DNA from: Octopus bimaculoides
Lineage: Eukaryota
Direction: 5' to 3'
NCBI RefSeq assembly: GCF_001194135.2
Contig: NC_068983.1
Location: 87,215,606 to 87,260,583, forward strand
Length of the DNA stretch: 44,978 nt
The notes below the pieces were generated by a model. The model did no database searches and had not been told where the DNA came from. It was given only the letters and a program-made list of their open reading frames with translations. Both the position numbers and the translations under genes were made by a program. Below are positions 12,561 to 25,531 of this stretch, one piece after another (positions within the stretch are counted from its first letter, which is position 1; each line of letters starts with the position of its first letter).

Positions 12561-15388
12561 AATACTATTTTTGTTACATTGTTAAGGCCTGTATCACTTA
12601 AGTAAAAGACAATATATACAATTGAAATCTTATTTTTATTAAGTGGGTCATTATAATTACCATTATTATGTAATCAGAAAAAATATTTTGTGCTCCAATA
12701 TATGATACCAAAGATCTAATCTGGAGATTATGGATATTCATGTTCTTTCTGAAAGATCAGAACTTTGTATCAAAAATACAATAGAAAGCAAAAGAGAAAA
12801 TGAAAAATCTATTGAAAATATTCTAATAAGCTGGTGTTTATTGAAAAGAAAGATTGATTTTTATTCAAAATATCAGGGGATAAAATATATCGATTTCACA
12901 CTCATGCACATTTTGGGAAAGGGTGTATATAATTATTAACTAAGCTTGAGTATGCAAAAATGAAAATTAAATTCATTTGTAAAAATCATTACTTTTATTT
13001 GATAAAGTATTTTAATCCATTGTTTGCATACATTACATATGAGTTATCAATATAATTTACCTAATTATAGTTTCTGTAAATGGTACATTTAATTTATGAA
13101 AAGGATAAGTGAAAGAATATATTACATCTTTAAGCATATCTATTTTTGAGATCGTTAATTTTCAACATGTAAGTTGTAAAATATGAAATTGCAAAATTGT
13201 TTATAATATCACTCACTCTTAGGGCAGTGATGTAGTATGAGTTTTTGTTGACCTGTGTGGTAACTAAATTCGCCACCTGCTTCCCTTTCTTAAACATAAC
13301 ATACCGTCATCTTGTCTGTTCCCCCTACTGCAAAGTGGCAACTCTGTGTGATCTGGACACCCATAACTCACATACTATGCCACTTCTTTAAGGTTAGCCA
13401 AACTATGAGTCTCATCCTAACTTTAGGTTACACATCTAAATGTTAGGATTTTAACTTCAGTGGAGAATATGGAAAAAATGAAAACTGTAAATATTTCCAC
13501 AAATAGGATTTTATGTAAAGATAAGAAAATATATATTATCCAAAGAAAGTCCCAAGAATTTGATTTTTAAGGTACCAACAAATTTGTGAAACAAAACGTT
13601 CCTGAATTAGCTATATGCAGCTATCAATCTTCATACACAAATATCTATACTGTACTATTCTACTTATTCTGTTACATACAGTTTTTAATTAAGGAAATAA
13701 TAACATGACAATCAATACACCAATATCTCTTTCACATACACATATATGTATATGTGTATTCATCAGAATTATCACAATGTAACGTGATGTTCCAAGCACG
13801 TTAAAATTATTGAAGTATTTGATACTGCAGTAGATATGATAAAATATATTTGCATCTTAGAACATCATAGAGGCAGCTTGTATTATATATTTTGATACTG
13901 ATAATTCTAGCCAATTAAGAACAAAAGAAATAACATGCAGAATCTGAACTTTATCAGCTAAAATAATCTATATAAACAATATATTGCTATTGATATGAGT
14001 AAATAAACATTGTTTTTCTTTTTTTGTTTTGAGAGTAATAAATACATATTACAATACAATACAAATCAATATAATACCATCACACAAATGTATGAACATA
14101 CATTGGGGTATGGCATATCGTTGTATAATTATTTATTTTTACTGTTTTATCATGCTTACATGCTTGGGATGGTTTTCATTGTTAATCACTCAACTGTAAT
14201 GTGAGAAGTAGAACCTATTGAGCCAAAGAGGGACTCTTTTTACATAGTCACATGAGTTTCTAGAAATAGCTACTAAAATTTCTTCAAACTGTATGCAACA
14301 GATTTTTTTTTAAAGGAGAGTTCCATTAGATAATGAAGTTCTGGATATACTATGCCTAAAAAATATGCCTGAATAAAAAACAAGATGGTTAAGGTTGGAG
14401 CAACTGACATGGGCCTAAACAGCATTGACACATGGAATGTTTAAATAGGGAAAATGAAGCAAGCAGAGTTATGTGTCTTACTGAATGCACAAAAACAATT
14501 AACATTTAATGATAAATGTGAATATAAAATATTAAAGAAAAATAAATAGAGAAATAAAATTTACATAACTGTTGCTTTCAGTTTCATTTATAATCTAACT
14601 ACTTAACAACTAAAGATACAACAAAAACCAATTCCAGTGAAATCTCTCTCAGATTGCTAAACAGCTGTATAGTACAACACATTTAGAACTCGTGGAATAT
14701 TCTAGCTAGAAAATTTCAAACCATTCACTTCCTCCTTATAACTTAAAGGTACTCTATGTTTATTAAGCTATATAATGCAGACATTACACAACTTATTCTA
14801 CATCAACAACCATGAAATCTGGGTGAGAAAAAAAGCAACAAAAGATACTAAAAGTAGTAACCATCAAATCTACCGTTACCCTTCTTACCACCAGCACCAA
14901 AGAACTTTGGATAGATCGATCCAATCAGCGATTACACTCAACAACATAAGCATAACATATACACATAGATGACATGACAAAATACTAGAAATTTACTCAC
15001 AAAATTCTCAGTATACATGAAATATAAAGAAAGCAAACTAATACACAAATTCTACACACTTGGTTAACATAAAGTGATAAGAAAAGTGAACAAACATTTT
15101 ATCAAATCAATCATTGATTATGCTCCTCTTGTCTTGGTTCATACCCTCTTCCCAATAAACAATAACAAAACAGTTGGCACATACAAATCACACTAACTAT
15201 ACAATGAAATAATAAGTTATAAATGAAAGACTACCAAGACTAGCACTAACTGCGCAGGAAGCATTACAATTCATGCAGAAGCTAACACTACACTCAAACA
15301 GATCTACAACACCCTAACACACTATTACGACATTAGCAGAAGTACAGTAAATTGCTCACTGAGTCTAGATAAATACTCACACACTAAT

Positions 15389-15420
<32 letters not shown>

Positions 15421-16434
15421 ACGCAAAAAAACCCACAAAGAAAAAAAATAACAGCAGCGTCAATAACCTCATTAACTCCAAGCCAATGAAAGAGCTTCTA
15501 TGCAGATGCTCATTTTGCTACAGATAGCAACCAAATCTCCTTCAAATCACACTCTGTCACCTTAAAATAAAAGAGACAACACTTTGCATAATGTGCACTA
15601 TGTTGAATAAAATGGATACACTATGTTGAATAAAAGAAGGGAAGGTCACAGCTGGAATAATTCAGATCATAGGTTTACTCATTCAAACTGATCTGGGACT
15701 AAATAATAATTATCAAGTCAAATGCTGTGCTGGAATACACACAACCAGAGATAAATGTAGGACAACATCACTGTCATGGTTGACCATGTGCATCTTGCCT
15801 TTTTGTACTGCAACTACTACAAGAGTATAGAAGCATGCAGAAGAGGCTTGGAAAGTGGAGGAAACAAAACTTACTAAAACAGCTGTATTGTATTTAATGT
15901 AATAAGCTATGGCATATTGGAGAGTGCAGTATAGTTCTTAATAAGGTGAAGGCATGGTGGAACTGTGAATACCACTCAGTCATTTGACCAATTAACTACA
16001 TGCCATAAGTCTGTTTGATCAGTACTATATGTCAAGAAGACCCAAACATTTTTAGGGTGGTTGGGTGAAATGAGAAGCTGTGACATGTTTAGCTTAAAAT
16101 AGTTTCAACAATGAATCAAACTGGATTGTGACTAACAACACTTATAGGTTCAAAACTATCTAGAGGTTTGAGGAAAAAAAAATCTTTTAGCTAGATATAA
16201 TACATGTGCTAATACAATGTTGAGTTTAGCATGCAAGTAGTAATAATTGATTGTATTAACACTAGTGTATAATTGAGAGTTATTTTGTCAGTCTTGGATG
16301 GAGGAAAGCTGGTGTCAACTTCGGTATGATATAAATTCAGAATTTAGAATGACAAAATATTGTAAAGCATTTAGATGATGACGACGATGACAACAACAAC
16401 AACAACAACAACAATAACAACAATAATAATGATA

Positions 16435-16938
16435 AATGCCCTGATGCAGTACCAGGTATTGGCTCTCATGGCTTCTGATCTTAACTGATTGGAAGTGTTA
16501 TCAGGTACATGTTTTGTCTTAGTATAAAAGATAGGCTACAACAAATATTCTGCTCAATACCACAGATTTACTTGTCGGTTTTTTGAGCATGTCCCTTGGT
16601 GGATGACAGAAGTAGTGGAGGAGCATCATAGCCATGTGTTGAGAGGAATTCTTTGGGGTTTGAATAGTTCACCTCTAGAAACATGAGTGTTTCATTCATC
16701 ATCCTTAAACAAACCTTTTGAGGGGATGGACTACTCAACCAGAAGAAAATTCTTACTTGGCCCCAACTGCAAGGTCATGTGCTGTTTATCTTTATGTAAG
16801 ATCATCACATTGCACACATATGGTTGTGATGTATGTGCCTGGTGTACTCTTATCAGGTGGGTAGTCATGATAGGTATATAGGGCTTCATATATTTGTATC
16901 CCAATATCACTTTGATGGCATGTGCTGCTCTCTCACTC
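16435..16938. mobile_element. ~500-bp non-coding interspersed element embedded between (AAC/AAT)n tracts
   Basis: Higher-complexity block with sharp boundaries at trinucleotide tracts on both sides and no credible ORF. Confidence 0.4.
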
Positions 16939-16970
<32 letters not shown>

Positions 16971-16987
16971 TGATGATGATAATAATA

Positions 16988-17108
16988 GTTTCAATTTTTA
17001 GCACAAGGCCAGCATTTTTGACTCCAGTGCTCAATTGGTACTTATTTTATCAATCTCAGAAGAATGAAAGACAAAGTCAACCATGGTGGGATATGAACTC
17101 AGAACAAC

Positions 17109-17141
<33 letters not shown>

Positions 17142-17339
17142 TCTTTCTATAATAGGTACAAGGCCCTGGAAGTTTTGAGGTGAGGGGGCTAGTCGATTAC
17201 ATTGATCCCAATGTTCAACTGATACTTATTCTGTTAGCCCTGGAAGATGAAAGGCAAAGTCAACCTTAGTAGCAAAGTTAACTTCAGTGACATAATAGTA
17301 ATAATAATAATAATAATGATAATAATAACAATAATAATG

Positions 17340-17380
<41 letters not shown>

Positions 17381-17760
17381 CCTTTCCATTATGGGCAGAA
17401 GGCCTGAAATTTTGGGCAAGGTGATTAGTCAATTGCATTGACCCCTATGCTCAACTGATACTTATTCTATTAACCCCAAAAAGATGACAGACAAAGTCAA
17501 CTTGGTGGCAAAATCAACTTCAGCAGTAAAAAATAATAACATTGGTTTCAAATTTTGGTACAAGACTAGTAAGTTTTGGGGGAAAATTGACCCCAGTACT
17601 CAACTGGTGCTTATTTTATCAACCCTGAAAACATGAAAGTTTTAAGTTGATCACAGTGGTATTTGAACTCAGAACCTAAAGATGGACGAAATGTCACTAA
17701 GCATTTTTCCAGGCATGCTAATGCTCCTACCAGCTCGCTGCCTTCTTAATATTGATAATA

Positions 17761-17791
<31 letters not shown>

Positions 17792-18236
17792 TATTAATAA
17801 TAATAATAATTCTGAAATTTTGGGGTGGGGGCTAAATGATTATATTGACCCCAGTACATAATTGGTACTTATTTTATGGACCTTAAAAGGATGAAAGGTA
17901 AAGTGGACCTTGGCAGAATTTGAACTCAGAACGTTAAGATGGCTGAAATGCCGCTAAGCATTTTATCTGCCAGGTAAACAATTCTGCCAGCTCACTGCCT
18001 AAGCAATAATAATAATAATAATCCTTTCTACTATAGTCATAAGGCCTGAAATTTTGGGAGAGGGGACTAGTCAATTACATCAACCCCAGTGTTTCACTGG
18101 TACTTAATTTATTGACCCCAAAAGGATGAAAGGCAAAGTTGACCTCAGTGGAATTTGAACTCAAAACATAGCTACAGGCAAAATAGCGCTAAGCATTTCG
18201 CCCAGCATGCTAACGATTCTGCCAGCTCACTGCCTT
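16988..18236 (-). mobile_element. Head-to-tail array of six SINE family A copies separated by (AAT)n
   Basis: Copies at about 16988-17104, 17141-17290, 17379-17526, 17540-17745, 17790-18002 and 18020-18236. All are on the minus strand and carry the (GG)ATGAAAGGCAAAGTCAAC core. Confidence 0.85.
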
Positions 18237-18415
18237 ATAATGAAGGATAATAATAAGTAACATCCTGCTGTTTTCCGGCTCAGTAGCAAAAACAACAAAA
18301 ATAGTAAAATACAGACCAAATTTGAGATTTCTGACTGAAAACCCAATTATGAAAAACATACAAAATGCACTATTTTTATCTTCAATATTACTTCATAGAT
18401 AATGGCTTCAACACC

Positions 18416-18520
18416 AAAGAGAATGTCACTAAAGCAAATGTTACCGAAAAGAATGTCACCAAAGCAAAAATCACTGAAGAGAATGTCATCAAAGAGAATG
18501 TTAACAAAGAGGACATCTCT
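18416..18520 (+). repeat. 15-bp minisatellite, 7 units, open in one frame (KENVT KANVT EKNVT KAKIT EENVI KENVN KEDIS)
   Basis: Units AAAGAGAATGTCACT, AAAGCAAATGTTACC, GAAAAGAATGTCACC, AAAGCAAAAATCACT, GAAGAGAATGTCATC, AAAGAGAATGTTAAC, AAAGAGGACATCTCT. Confidence 0.9.
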
Positions 18521-19737
18521 TTCCCATGGATATTAGTGATGTAAGTGAAACCAAATGCTCTCAACTAGAAGATGAAACTGAGTCACAAATCTCACTAATA
18601 TGGGCAATGACAGTAGCAATAATGTTTTTCTTTTTTTCATAGGTACACTGTTTTGTATGGAAGAAATAAATAGTGTTTGATCAAAACTCAAACACTAGTT
18701 GTGAAGGTCCAACATACATTAGCTTCATTGTAGCAAAATAATAATTTTTACTAGGTAAATATCAATTAATGATTTGGAATTCACTGTGATGAAAGAACAT
18801 CAATCTTTAAGTGTAATTGTATCATCTTTAATTTCCAATTAGTAGTTTTGAGGACTAGACACATCCAAATTTTTAAATTGCTTTTATTTTCCTTTCATTA
18901 GTGTACATTGTTTTTACTAGTACACTGTATTACTGATTTTTAGTCCTATATTTTTTTTTAATGAATTGCTGTTTTCATATTTTCTTTACTTAAATTATTT
19001 TGGTTAATTTAAGAAGGGAAAGCAGATTCTATTGGTTGTATATTCTTTAAAGTGTTTCAGCTTTAAAGCTGCAGTCATGCAGGGGCACCACTGTTGTAGG
19101 ATTAGCTATAATATGAACAGTTCAAAGGTTTTACTTAATGCCTCTATCTCAACAATAATAAGGCCTTGTTTTTCAGATTTCAGAACTGTAGCAGTTTGAA
19201 ATTCTCTAACCCCTCCTTTACCTTGTACTGTTAACAGGGAAGAGCTCAAACTAAACATTAACTCATACATTTATCATTATTCCTCAGTCAACAAGATGTG
19301 TACATTGTTAAGGCACCCAAGATTAACTAATACAAATAAAAGGTTTTGATATAGTGAAATTTCTAATATTTAATGAAACCATTTTTATTATCAATTCTGT
19401 TTAACATGAGACAGTGTTACATTGTTCTTTATTAGAATAAGTTGGCATGTCCATCTGAATGCCATGTAAATATAAACTGAGTATTAATTAGTGAATTGCT
19501 TCATTAGATACTAAAAACTGCAAGCATACCCCATAACAAGAATTATATTGTCTTAAAGTGAATTAAATAAAAAAATTAAAAAACCAAATGAAATAATTTA
19601 CAAAGAAACACCTTTCTTTTCCTTTCAAGTTTTGTTCAATTTATGATTAGGCTGAGTTGTTTTCCTTTAAAGAAAATCATCTTTTAGTTTGTATAATTAT
19701 AATTATATGAAATTTTAATTAAATAGAGAAACCTTAC

Positions 19738-19789
19738 CTTAAAAATAACATTTCCTCTCCAGCACATCTCCAAGATATAATTGTAGCTC
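19738..19789 (-). CDS. Internal coding exon (52 bp) of the same glucose-6-phosphate 1-epimerase gene
   Basis: Minus strand: acceptor ttcttcatgttacAG, exon (G)ATIISWRCAGEEMLFL(S), donor GTAAGG. It matches the family motif GAT(V/I).SW...G.E.LFLS. The terminal AG plus the first T of exon 1222-1280 makes Ser, so the splice is in frame. Confidence 0.92.
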
Positions 19790-21327
19790 CTGTAACATGA
19801 AGAATGGAATAATAAATAATACATTGTTCATTTCTTTGCCTTTTCTTCAAAGCAACAAATTATTTTAATGTTTATTGTTCTGTGTTGGTACAGATTACAT
19901 GAATTTGATAAGGAATATAAGGCTTCAATTCAGAGCCTTAATACTAGTGTAAATTAAATTCAGCTTGATTACATAGAAATGCAGAAATATATTAAGTACA
20001 AAACATATGTATTAGGAACAAAGGCCTTATAGCTAAATTCCTTTTTATTATAATCAACACTTTTATATTTTAGAGAACTGGTGATATTTGTGTACAGTCA
20101 TAGAAATAAAGACTTTCAAAAATTTTAATATAAAGTATTATTTAATTCAACTGGGTAATCACAACTGGAAACTGTTATTGTACATAAAGGCTTGATGTTT
20201 TGTCAGTTTTGTTTTAAGGGTGATGGAGTCAGTAGGAAAGGTAAAAAATTAACCTTGCTTTAGTTTTGTCTCTAAAATGTTTTATTGATTTAATTTTCCT
20301 AGGATTCACAAAATAGCTACACGTAGATTAAACTAGTTATAATAACCTCTAAAAAATTGGCTTTTAGCCTAATCAAATTAATAATTAAAGACTAATTTCT
20401 AACTTTTCCATAAAATTACTATTATCAAAATAAAGGCCATGAAATTACTAGCATCAATTTAATTTTGGCTTTCTTTTCTACTTATATTATTTTAATATTT
20501 ATCAACCTTTATAGAATGAAAGGCAAAGTTGATGTCTGAAGGATTTGAACAAATCCTGCTGAGGTTATTATGTTTTTCATTCCCTCGGGGTCAATAAATG
20601 AAGTACAGTCTAGTATTGAGTTAATTTTTCATCTTTCTTGTTCTCTTTAAACCCCGGAAAGGGATGAGCTGTATCAGCTTTAAACATACTCAAAATATAC
20701 CATATGCCACAACAACACTCCTATGGTTCTATTAAGAGTAATGCCCTTCCACTGCCACTATTGTTGCTGCTGCCACTAAAATTCATATTTTATGAATATG
20801 TATATCAACTATTATTTCCAGAAAGATCTTGCTGAAAATCTTTAAGATGTAAACACTAACATTAAAAGTGATATTTAATGATATTTTAAGGTTCTTGAAA
20901 AATTAATCCAATGAGAAATTTTTAATTATCAAGTTTTATAACATATAAATATAAAAACAATCACTTACAAGAAAAGATCATTGATTTCAAGTCAGCAACC
21001 TCCAAAACCAAATAGTAACAATGTGGATCTATTTAGATCTTTTATTTATTGAATTTCTATGAATGGTTCTGATTTCAGGTGAAGAGCTAATTTTTGTAAT
21101 GCCATCAGCCTTTATATGATAAGTCAAAAAGGACTTATTATTGAAAATGAATAGTCTCAGTGAGCAAATAATGTAATAATTACATTCCATTAAAGTGATC
21201 CTATTATTCTTGATTAAAGACTGAATGTCAAGTACAAAGATTTCATTATGAGTGTATATGAATATTGAGTCATGGGATAAATAAAACTAAGCAAATAAAA
21301 TATCTCTGAAAATATATACTGCACAGA

Positions 21328-21710
21328 AGGCGTAGGAGTGGCTGTGTGGTAAGTAGCTTGCTTACCAACCACATGGTTCTGGGTTCATTCCCACTGAGTG
21401 ACATCTTGGGCAAGTGTCTTCTACTATAGCTTCGGGCCGACGAAAGCCTTGTGAGTGGATTTGGTAGATAGAAACTGAAAGAAGCCTGGCGTATATATGT
21501 GTGTGTGTATATGTTTGTCCCTACCAACATCGCTTGACAACCAATGGTGGTGTTTACGTCCCCCGTAACTTAGCGGTTCGGCAAAAGAGACTGATAGAAT
21601 AAGTACTAGGCTTACAAAGAATAAGTCCTGGGGTCGATTTGCTTGACTAAAAGCAGTGATCCGGCATGGCCACAGTCAAATGACTGAAACAAGTAAAAGA
21701 GTAAAAGAGA
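21328..21710 (+). mobile_element. tRNA-derived composite SINE, family B, near full length
   Basis: Box A-like TGGCTGTGTGG, box B-like GGTTCATTCCC, internal (TA/TG)n, and tail ending GACTGAAACAAGTAAAAGAGTAAAAGAG. Confidence 0.8.
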
Positions 21711-22169
21711 AGCTAAATATGAAAGCTCATAATGATTTAATTTTAAACCTTGTTAATTAGCAGAAATGAAAAAGTAGTTATATACTAATTCTTCAGCATT
21801 TAAAAGTCCTACATCAGCAAGAATGGCTGTGTGCTTGTGAGGATCTCAATAGAAGGAAAAAAAAGACAGTAGAAAAAGTCAAATGCTACTATCATCTGGA
21901 AAGCATTGTCACACCTCACCCCATCTTATACATGAACAGCATGAAGTTACAGCCAAATATTAGGCCCTACTATTACCAAGGATTTCTATAGGCAAAAGTA
22001 CATTCTTTACTTAGTTACGACAACAATTCAGAGATTGGTTCTCTATGGGATCAGAAAATACTTCATTCTCCAACAATTATTGACACTCTGCAAAACTCAG
22101 GTGTGGTTGCAATGGAGTATTACTCCTATATCTTAAGATAGTGTAGTTACTGCACAAACAGGAATCTTA

Positions 22170-22500
22170 GACCATATCCAGAATAAAGCCACTTGATTGA
22201 CTGGCATAAACCTACTCATAGACACATTTTAGTTTCTGGTTTGCAGACATGCTGTCTCCTCTCTGCCTTTTCTATTGATGCTTCTTGGAGCTCGCTGGTC
22301 TTGTGTCATCTCCATTCAGGCACTTCCAACTCATTCATCTTTACTCCCCATAACACTAATGATGTAAGGTTTGGAGTTGTTTCTGATCCCACTTAGCCCA
22401 ACTCTAACCTCTACAGGCAGTTTTTGCTCCTTAGGACATCAGCTCTCTGGAATCCCATCCCTGCTTACACCATTCTAGCACTTGCTGATATGCAACAGTT
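22170..22500 (+). mobile_element. Decayed CR1/L2-type LINE 3' end
   Basis: RTSALWNPIPAYTILALADMQQF resembles the terminal RT..LWN.LP....DL..FK motif, and is followed by (TA)n. Confidence 0.5.
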
Positions 22501-23309
22501 TATGTATATATATATATATATATGTATATAGTGTGTGTGTGCATGTTCATGTATATGAAAGAACAAACAAAGAGTAATGCTAAATAAACTCAAGTATACT
22601 GTTTTATTAGAGTTTCTGTTTTTTGAATACTCAGAAAGAGTACTATTTCTGAAAACTGAAAATAAAATAAAAGACTATTTTATTTCTGAATTTGTTCAGC
22701 TTTGTTCTTTATTTGCTTCACTGTTACTACACTTAAAGTATTGAGTACTTCATAACCATTGCTGTCTGCTTGCACATTGTACAATGTATATTCACAAAAG
22801 TTGTGAACATTAGCCAGAAAACCAATAAACCAATGCTTTTCAATGAAAATACGCAGTGGTATCTGTTCTGCCCATGTTGCACCAAAGTTCTTTTGTCAAT
22901 CCTGTTACCATGAACACATTGAACAAGTGACTAGTCTATTGGAAACCAGCAGCCAGTGATGGAAATAAAATAACGGACAGTTTCAAATTTGTTAAGTGAG
23001 AAATAACATGTAAGTTATTTAAATAGTTACTTTGAATATACATGCACATGGTGCAGAATCAGTATAGCTTAGTAATACAATATTTACGAACTGAGGTTCA
23101 ACAAGCCAACAAGAAAACCTCTATGTTGTTGCTCAGCCTATGAGAAACAGCAGCCCAAACAACTTCAACTTATAGTCTATCATCTTAAAAAAGGAAGGAC
23201 ACATTCAACATATAATGTAGTTGATATACAAAAAATGGGAATGATCAATGCTATATTTGAGCTGACCTGGTGCTAAAACAACTCAAGTTCATTCCTGCAG
23301 CTCTTAACT

Positions 23310-23876
23310 CTCTCTCTTTACTCCTTTACTTGTTTCAGTCATTTGACTGCAGCCATGCTAGAGCACCGCCTTTAGTCGAGCAGATCGATCCCAGGACTTA
23401 TTCTTTGTAAGCCTAGTACTTATTTAATCGGTCTCTTTTGCCGAACCGTTAAGTTAGGGAGACATAAACACACCAGCATCAGTTGTCAAGCGATGTTGGG
23501 GAGACAAACACACACACATCATCATCGTTTAACGTCTGCTTTCCATGCTAACATGGGTTGGACGATTTGACTGAGGACTGGTGAACCAGATGGCTACACC
23601 AGGCTCCAATCTGATTTGGCAGAGTTTCTACAGCTGGATGCCCTTCCTAATGCCAACCACTCCGAGAGTGTAGTGGGTGCTTTTATGTGCCACCGGCACG
23701 AAGGCCACATATACATATATATGACAAGCTTTTTTAAGTTTCCATCTACCAAATCCACTCACAAGGCTTTGGTCGGCCCGAGGCTATAGTAGAATACAAG
23801 GTGCCATGCAGTGGGACTGAACCTGGAACCATGTGGTTGGTAAGCAAGCTACTTACCACACAGCCACTCCTGTGCC
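23310..23876 (-). mobile_element. SINE family B copy carrying an inserted RTE 3'-end fragment (about 23517-23707)
   Basis: Reverse complement of 21328-21710. The internal CATCATCATCGTTTAACG...GCACGAAGGCCA block matches 43720-43915, the 3' end of the RTE. Confidence 0.8.
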
Positions 23877-24747
23877 TTATTATTTCGTGTAATTATTTTG
23901 TGTTCTTTTGAAAACTACTTGATTTTATTTGGTGAAACTAAGTATAATTATTATTAGGTGAAACTAAGTATAATGTCAATATAAAGAATAAATCTATACT
24001 AAATTAACACCTCAAGAAAAAGAAGCATTGTTTCCTCATATGTTACCTCTTTGGTTAATTTTTCTAAAAAACAAGATAATGAGTTAAGAACTTAAGAGTG
24101 TTCAGAACAACTTATCAAGGGAAGAGAATGTTATTATTGTACTCCTCATCCCCTCATCTGATGCAGAGGGGAGGTTAGACAACATGCCCGCCTCTCCTTG
24201 AGATCATTCATAATGAGAACTTAATGAGATATCTTTCTTCCCAAGGGCAATATCCAGAGTTTAGGAACAGGAGAAGAAGGAAGAATAAAACGATGAAGAA
24301 AGATTAGATGAAGGAGAACAGAAAGAAGGAAGAAGAAAAAGATGATAATTACTGGTCATTAATTATCATATGACACTCATAGGTTAAAACTTATTCCAAA
24401 CTTCTTGCTAAACTTAATTAATACATTCAACAAGTGTTGTTTCTACACTTTTTAAGAGGAAGAAACTGAAAAAAGTAAAACAGATGGACAAATAAAAATA
24501 ATTGTTTGTAGAAAGGAAGAATATCAACATCATTAGCATTGAGTTCAACATTATTAGCAGTGACTACATATTCTGTCTTAATAGTGATAACCAGAAGAAT
24601 ACAAAGAGCCAAGTGTCTATTGCACTTGCTAGTACACACACACACACACACACATGTATAGAATCATAGCTGCAACTTGAATGCGAGAGAACAAGGCTTG
24701 AATAGATAATTGTACTGATCAATTATTTCATGCTACTATCTTTATGA

Positions 24748-24799
<52 letters not shown>

Positions 24800-24996
24800 T
24801 ATCAAACAAGGATGATTTCTACAGAGCCAAATCTCCCTCAAGTCCCACTCTACTGTCTAATGTATATACATATAATATGAGTCAATGAAGGAGAGCTCAA
24901 CAAATTAGCTAAACACTATAGAGCAGGCATACTACTCTCAAGCTACACCCACTGTCTGTTTTGATATTTCTAAATAATAATAATAATAATAATAAT

Positions 24997-25491
24997 ATGA
25001 AGTAACAGAGAACTGGTTTGAGCATGTACCAAGTAAAGTTATGCAAGAGGATGGAAAAGTAACGATACTCTGTGACTATTATATTCAGATAGATCGTGTA
25101 ATCAAACATCGTTGGCTGGATATTGTTATACTGAGTAAGAGAGACAAATACTGTCAGATCATTGATGTAGCCATACCAAATGACATGAGTGTTGTGAGTA
25201 AAGAGGTTGAAAAAATCACCAAGTACTCCGAATTAAAAGTGAAAATGGCAAGACTCTATGGAATGTGAGAGGGTGATATTAGTGGTGATCAGAGCATTGG
25301 GATCAATTCCATGGAAACTTCAAGACTTCTTAAGGCAACTGGAAATCCCATGCAAGATTAATGTCTTGCAAAAAGCAACCTTATTGGGCACAGTGCACAT
25401 CTTAAGGAAAGTATTATCTGTCTGATGTCCTTGTGACTTGACAGATGAGTAAAAACTCCGGTGCATTTTTACCTACACTGTGTTATGAAGG

Positions 25492-25493
<2 letters not shown>
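24997..25493 (+). mobile_element. 5'-truncated R4/Dong LINE (RLE domain to 3' end) flanked on both sides by (AAT)n
   Basis: WFEHVP..VMQEDGKVTILCDYYIQIDRVIKHRWLDIVIL...CQIIDVAIPND...LQKATLLGTVHILRKVLSV* (stop 25423-25425). (AAT)n at 24973-24996 and 25494-25530. Confidence 0.88.

Positions 25494-25528
<35 letters not shown>

Positions 25529-25531
<3 letters not shown>

Noticed and set aside
13280-13400. Possible minus-strand exon ending GACG|GTATGT
   Set aside because: No recognisable product, and the two epimerase exons already join in frame without it.
14700-15400. A/C-rich stretch that might be a LINE remnant
   Set aside because: No diagnostic motif could be read, so I left it unannotated.
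17226-17441. Poly-Ile/Tyr ORFs (also 5149-5383, 16731-17113, 32474-33049, 43457-43739)
   Set aside because: Translations of microsatellites.
16988-18236. Repeat-spacer appearance resembling a CRISPR array
   Set aside because: Eukaryotic context, units are SINE copies of variable length, and no cas genes are present.
20695-20730. ...RSVVVAYG|GTATAT candidate exon
   Set aside because: Weak donor, in-frame stop nearby, and poor match to the family N-terminus.
21328-21410. tRNA gene
   Set aside because: It has A/B boxes but no complete cloverleaf, and continues into a SINE body.
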